The notes under the pieces were generated by a model that did not search any database, was not told where the DNA came from, and saw only the letters and a list, made by a program, of their open reading frames with translations. A stretch of 64,000 nt of DNA, from the NCBI RefSeq assembly GCF_036321535.1, contig NC_087453.1:372001-436000 (forward strand). The letters run 5' to 3'. The position numbers and the translations under genes were made by a program. This document shows positions 45,716-64,000 of the stretch, piece by piece; the stretch's first letter is position 1, and each line of letters starts with the position of its first letter. The stretch comes from Camelus dromedarius (Eukaryota).

Positions 45716-47169
45716 TCAGGGCGCCTGGAGGAAGCGCCCGTGGATGCTGCGCTCCAGCCCGGGCAGCCTGTCCGGCGCCTCACGGAGCTCTGTGAGCTGC
45801 CGCCAGTCTCAGCCACAGGGCCGTGCGGCCCGCCCTCGCCGCCGGCAGCGGCGTTGGCAGGCTCCATGCCCCTAGGCTGGTCAGGGCCTGCTGCAGCCAC
45901 AGGAGCCTCTGGGCGGAGAGATCCTGGAAAGCCACGAAGTCGACAAGGGCGCGCTCGCACTCCCTGGTCCCTGCAGGAGGGTGTGGCGAGGTGGGGGCTC
46001 AGTCAGGTCCTCGCTAGGCTCTGGGCAGGGGGTGGTGAGGACAGAACAAAGGAGGAACGAACCCCTGCGGGCTAACAAGTGGGCTAGGCTTGAGCTGTGG
46101 TGGCGGGTCGACCGCAGCTGTGGAACTTCCGGCAGCAGGGAGGCGGGTTGGGGGCGGGGTTCGTGGGTCAACTCCAGGGATGAGATGGGACGCTAAGGGG
46201 CTCAGCGCCTTTCACCACCCTGACTCCATGGGAGGCCTTTAAACCCTCTGAGCCTGTTTCCCGACGTTGGCGGGAAATGGCATCACCCACCAGCGCTAAA
46301 ACCCTCCGCGTGGTGCATTCCCTGGGCCACCCCCACCACCCGAGCTCTCCAAGGTTGGCTCCGTGGGGCTCCGGTGCCCTTCGAACCCACACAACTTCTG
46401 GGAGCCAGCCAAAGCCTCACGCTCCAGGGCTGGCCTCGGACCCGACAGCTGGGGCTCCGCGCCCCATTCCGGCTCACCCAGTGCCCCCAGCTCGCTGGAG
46501 CCGAGTGGGAAGCTCATGCAGTTGGTGCACAGGGTGTCGTGGAAGGGAGTCCGGCACGTTGAAGGCCGGACCCAGGGCTGTGCAGTTGCGGTGCAGCTGG
46601 CACTGCTCCGAGCTCGAGCTACTGGCTGAGAAGGTGCCTAGGGACACGGCTGGCACTGCGTGCTCTGGCTGTGGGTGTTTGAGAATGAGGACAGATTACG
46701 GGGTCAGGAGAGCCGGGGTCGTCCTCGCTCAGCTGAGGTCTTGGCACGGCGGCCCCCCGCACCCGCACCCACTGGGGGCAGCCATGCCGGCGCCGGGCGG
46801 GCAGGGTGTGTGCTCCAGGCAGAAGCCGCCGTGTGCGAAGAAGCTGGGGCGACAGCGGCAGGCGCGGTTATGGGTGGCCCTGCACGGCCGCGCCTCCTCC
46901 TTGCGCTCCGCGTAGATGACGTTGCAGTAGTGGCAGCGCTCCCCGTAGTTCCAAAATTATGTGTAGTGGCGGGGCGGGCACGTGCCGCACGTCGTGGGGC
47001 TGTCCCAGCCTCCAGGCCGCTGCTCGAAGGTGCCCAGGGATCACTGGCTGCACACCAGCCACCCCCCCGCCTCCGCGTCTCGCCACGGGTAGGTGGGCGC
47101 GTCCACCGCCGCCCCGTGGGCCGCGAGAGCCAGCGGCAGAGATGGCAGCGACCAAGGAGGGGCCCTCAT
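45716..47169 (-). pseudogene. TNFRSF6B: TNFRSF6B (decoy receptor 3) unitary pseudogene: remnant exons 46773..47169, 46478..46678 and 45716..45970
   Basis: Recognisable DcR3 peptides (APTYPWRDAE, DSPTTCG.CPPRHYT, CRATHNRACRC, GTFSASSSSSEQCQ.HRNCTALG, ECERALVDFVAFQD) in the syntenic position. It carries in-frame TGA (47041-47043) and TAA (46957-46959), an exon-2 acceptor changed AG>AA, and three frameshifts. Confidence 0.9.
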
Positions 47170-47568
47170 GGTCTCGCTGGAGCAACGGGGGCCTCCAGGT
47201 CATATAAGGGCCGGCCTGGCTGCGCCTCCGCGGGAGCCCCTCCCCTCCCCGCCGGGGGAGACGTCGGCGACCAGGGGCCTAGGCTTTGACCCACTTCTGG
47301 CCCCCGCCTCCCCAGAGCCCAGGGGAAGGGTGGTCCCGTGAGGGCCCCTAAGCACCATGGGCAGCTCATGGCCCCCTTCCCAGGCCTGGCAGTGGGAGGG
47401 TGGAAGGGGGGAGCAGCACCCCTCCTACGGACAAAGTCCCTGGAGACACCTGCCGCTGAAACCAGGTGGGAGGGAGACTGCCGAGACATCCATCCCATCC
47501 TTCCCGGCACCCTCAAACCCACCACCCTGCCCAGGCCACGCAGACCCCATCCCAGTAGTGGCAGCAGC

Positions 47569-47574
47569 TTTATT
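47569..47574 (-). terminator. RTEL1: RTEL1 polyadenylation signal AATAAA
   Basis: tttatt on the + strand, about 400 nt after the last coding exon. Confidence 0.7.
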
Positions 47575-47971
47575 AGCCCTGCCCCTGACTAACAGCAGGT
47601 CCCTAGAAGGTCCCCCAGAGAGGAGGGGCAGGGCTCCCCTCCTTCCTCCTCTTTAGCTCAGCAGCAAAGCTCCTGGGGCTCCACCCACAAGCCAGCAGGG
47701 CAGCCTGGGAGGTTCTGAGAAAGCACCTTCTAGTGGACCCTCCCCAGAACGCAAGGTGGCTTCAAGGCTTCTCACCCGGGGCCCAGACCCTGGGGCCGTC
47801 TCTGGGGTCCCCACAGACACTGGACTGGCCTGTCAGGTGGGCTCTTGGCCAAGGGGTTTGTGCTGTCAAGCCTGGCCCACCCCTAGCCAACAGACAAGTG
47901 TCCAAGCTGTGCCCAAGGCAGGGGTAGCCGCAGCTTCTGCAGACCCTGCTGCGCCCAGAGGGTCTCCACGT

Positions 47972-48044
47972 TCACTGGGGCTCCAGCCAGAAGATCTGCT
48001 TGAGGCTCTGCTTTCTGGTGGCAGTGTGGCAGGCTGGGCACGTC

Positions 48045-48052
<8 letters not shown>
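47972..48052 (-). CDS. RTEL1: RTEL1 exon 35 (GL* in the short isoform; VSRTCPACH...WLEPQ* in the long-isoform frame)
   Basis: Acceptor ccacag at 48053; both reading frames match the recalled human isoform ends. Confidence 0.9.
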
Positions 48053-61115
<13,063 letters not shown>

Positions 61116-61384
61116 CTGGAGGAGGGAAAAGCTCAACAGCTCTGCATGTTCTGACCCACCTCCGCGTCCTTAGGCACCAGGACTCTGACAAGGGAAGGGG
61201 CTCTAAAATCCTAGCAGCCTGGGCTGAGCTGGAAGCGGCAGGAGCTTGTGGCAGTCACCTTCAGAGAGACCCTGAGGACACGCACGTGAACTGGTTCTGA
61301 CTGCATTTTCCTTAGGACCAGCGGGTCCTTTCTTCCTGTGCACACTGGCCACCTCGTACATCCTTGAAGGTTGGTCTGTCTCTA

Positions 61385-61630
61385 CCCTTTGCCCATTTTT
61401 AAATTGGGTTGGGCTGTCTTTTTGTCGAGTTGTAAGAAATTCCTCTGTATTTTACCTACAGATCCCTCATCAGACATATTATTTGCAAAAACCGTCTCCC
61501 ATCCTGTGGGCTGTCTTTGCTTTCTTGATGGTATCCTCAGAAGCACGGAAGTGCCTGATTTTGTTAAGTTCAGTTCATCTATTTTCGCCCTTGACGTCTT
61601 TGCCCTTGGTGTCACTTCTAAGAAACCAGT
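61385..61630 (-). mobile_element. L1 ORF2 3' fragment (antisense)
   Basis: tttgcccatttttaaattgggtt...gagttgtaagaa...atcagacat..tttgcaaa...tgctttcttgatggtatcct..gaagca...tggtgtcac.tctaagaaacca. Confidence 0.85.
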
Positions 61631-62169
61631 GCCCCACTCGGAGCCATGGAGGGCAACACCCCAGTGCATAACCTTGCTCCCTAGGTGTGGGCCATGCAGA
61701 GGCCTCCCCCGGAGGGGCGGTGTGGGGAAGGGGCCCTGCCACAGCTGACCTCAGCCAGCGAGCACGGTCCAGCACCATGCCGAGCCAGCAGCAGGGACAC
61801 TCGACAGGACGGGATGAAGAGGGCACTCGACATCAAGCTCTTCCTCTCCAGATCCCCAAACCTCAGTAAATCCTGAGAAAAACGCCACACAAATCCCAAG
61901 GAAAGGACGTTCTACAAAATGTCTGACCACTCCTCCTCCAAAGGGTCAAGGTCGCCAAAAACAAGGGAAGTCTGAGACACTGTCAGGGGCAAGAGCGGCC
62001 GTGGGGACCTGGAGGCCAAAGCAAGGGCAGCAGGGGGACGCTCAGGACACGGACCACTCTGCGCCCCTCGGGGACACCGCTGCAACACACGTGGTCCTGA
62101 AGCACCCAAGGAAGTGGTCAGTGTCAGTCACTCCCCAGAGAAAAGCACCCCAGAACCGCGCCAAGGCTG

Positions 62170-62480
62170 TTTCCATCTATTAAGCTGGAAAAATGGAAGA
62201 GCCTGACGCCACGCTCTGCTGGTGAGGCCATCATGACGGACAGCATGCCCACTGTCACGGAGCAGGCACACTGGTTCCCGAGCTGCCTGCGCACAGAGCC
62301 CGGGAGGCTTGACTGGACCCAGCATCCTGCCTCCTGGAACTGACCCTGAAGGAACCTTTGAACAAGACAAAAGGACACAAAACAGCACTGTCTGTATCTG
62401 CAAAGTACTGGAAACAACCTAAAGGCCACACCGATGGCCGAACAGACATGGAGACCTGCAGGAGGGAGTCGGCAAGTCTC
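62170..62480 (+). mobile_element. GC-shifted L1 ORF2 C-terminal fragment
   Basis: gacccagcatcctgcctcctgg...gcaaagtactggaaacaacctaaa. Confidence 0.6.
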
Positions 62481-63499
62481 TGTAAAGTGAAGTGTCCACC
62501 AAACACAGTAGGTCCTTTATGCGGGAGAAAGACAAACGAAGGAAATACACCTACATCTGCTGCTTCTTGCAAAAACCAAAAAAAAAAAAAAAAAAAATCA
62601 AAGAAAGGATAAACCAGAAACGAACAAAACATTTCTGTTGAGTAAACCGTGACTTGGACTAGAGACCATGCTCGTGTTTCAAATACTCAAAAAAATAAAC
62701 AAATAAGTAATCAAAAGGTCAACACAAATGGAGACAGATGGAACAAGAAATGAAAGATGAACGTGAACACACGGCACGCGATGCGTGGCATAGCCAGGGC
62801 CGGGCAGCGGGACACAGCCCCAGGCTCCGCGCTCCCAGGCCACCGAGCCCAGCAAGCAGGCCTCCACCGGGGCGGCCGGGCGGGCTGAGCAGCGTCCACA
62901 GCACTGGGGTCCAACGGGCGAGCAAAGTCCTGAGGGAGGGAAGCTGCTTCCCTCACCACCACACACAGGCCACAAGTACGGAAGAGAGAACAGGAGAAAG
63001 AACTGCTGGTTCTGGGCCAGACCGGGCCATGGCTGTGACGCTGGTGAGTCAAGGCCTCTGCACGGCAGGATCCCGGCTCTGACGGCCAGCACGCGGGTGG
63101 GACGCGCGTGTCCGCAGACCTCGCAGACATCCTTAATTCCGGGACGGACCACGAATCGTGCCGCAGGTTACTTCTGAGTGACGAATGGAAAAACAGCAAC
63201 TTCACTGCGGAAACACCCCAGCTGCCCTGAAGCCAGCGATCGAAATCAGCGCCACCAGAAACGTGAGGACGGGCCCCGCGGTGCCTGCGAGACCAGGGGC
63301 TTCGGCGGGACCCCCCAAAAATGCATAACCTGAGTAGAGCCACAAGGACACGCTGCAGGACAGTCAACAAAGTAACTGACCCTCCTCTTCGCAAATGTGT
63401 GGGCCAGGAGACGGCAGCTGAGACACTGACAGGTGAAGGCCAGAGACCCCAGGATGTGGCCGCGCAGCCTGGACCACAGCGTCCAGTGTGCTGCTTCGG

Positions 63500-63700
63500 C
63501 TCCACCTGAGGACAGTGGGGAAAATTATGGACGCTGGTTTCTTGATCGGATGACTGCACTACGGTCACATGAGGACATCCTTGTTCTCGGGAAACGCACA
63601 CTAAGACAAAGTAAAGGTGCCAGGTCTGCACCGCCCTCAAGACAGAGAGGAAACCCTTCTACTCAGGACGCTGGTCAAATGGGTCTGGGGGGAAGAGGAG
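63500..63700 (+). mobile_element. L1MC/ME 3' UTR remnant
   Basis: gggggaaaattatggac...catccttgttctcgggaaacgcacactaag...gtaaaggtgccaggtctgca. Confidence 0.5.
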
Positions 63701-64000
63701 CAGGAGTTCCCGCAAATTATCTGAAACAGAAAACGCTGACGTCTGACAAGACGTGAGACAAGAAACAAGTCAAGTTTTCTCAAGGTCAGCAGTGAAGTAC
63801 AGAACCCAAACACAATTAGGAGAAAAACATACACTTACTTCAGAAATGAAGCTTCAATTAAAAGGAACACAGAAATAGACACATGCCACACTGTCTTCAG
63901 AGAAACAAGAGGGAAGGCGGGAATTGTAAGTCAAAGAAAACTGGAGACAGAAGGGTTCCAGGGAGGGGCAGGCTGTGGCCTCAGGCGGAAGAGACAAGCG

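Noticed and set aside
46545-46641. Apparently compensating -1 and -2 frameshifts in TNFRSF6B exon 2
   Set aside because: The shifted frame hits TAG immediately (TGT CCC TAG), and upstream stops already truncate the protein.
61116-64000. RTEL1 exon 10
   Set aside because: No sequence matching the expected ESASFDLTP exon was found. It probably lies beyond the window end.

Overview
GC-rich mammalian genomic DNA syntenic with human 20q13.33, shown in reverse orientation. Gene order: ZBTB46 (+, last three coding exons), SLC2A4RG (-), LIME1 (-), ZGPAT (-), ARFRP1 (+), a TNFRSF6B/DcR3 remnant (-) and RTEL1 (-, exons 11-35 in human numbering; its 5' part lies outside the window). I traced the exon chains by hand and checked splice sites and phases. 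Two tRNA-Ala-like SINEs resemble the camelid vic-1 family, so the source is probably a camel, alpaca or llama (inference). Introns carry old L1, MIR and MLT1 fragments. The most notable observations are these. (1) TNFRSF6B carries at least seven independent inactivating lesions, so it appears to be a unitary pseudogene. (2) The RTEL1 long-isoform C4C4 domain is out of frame with the upstream exon, and the residue matching human R1264 is Cys. (3) A 55-bp tandem duplication copies the RTEL1 exon 15 splice donor. (4) A ~209-bp segment is duplicated in a ZBTB46 intron. Comparisons to human proteins are from memory, not from database searches. I found no support for a wholly new gene system.
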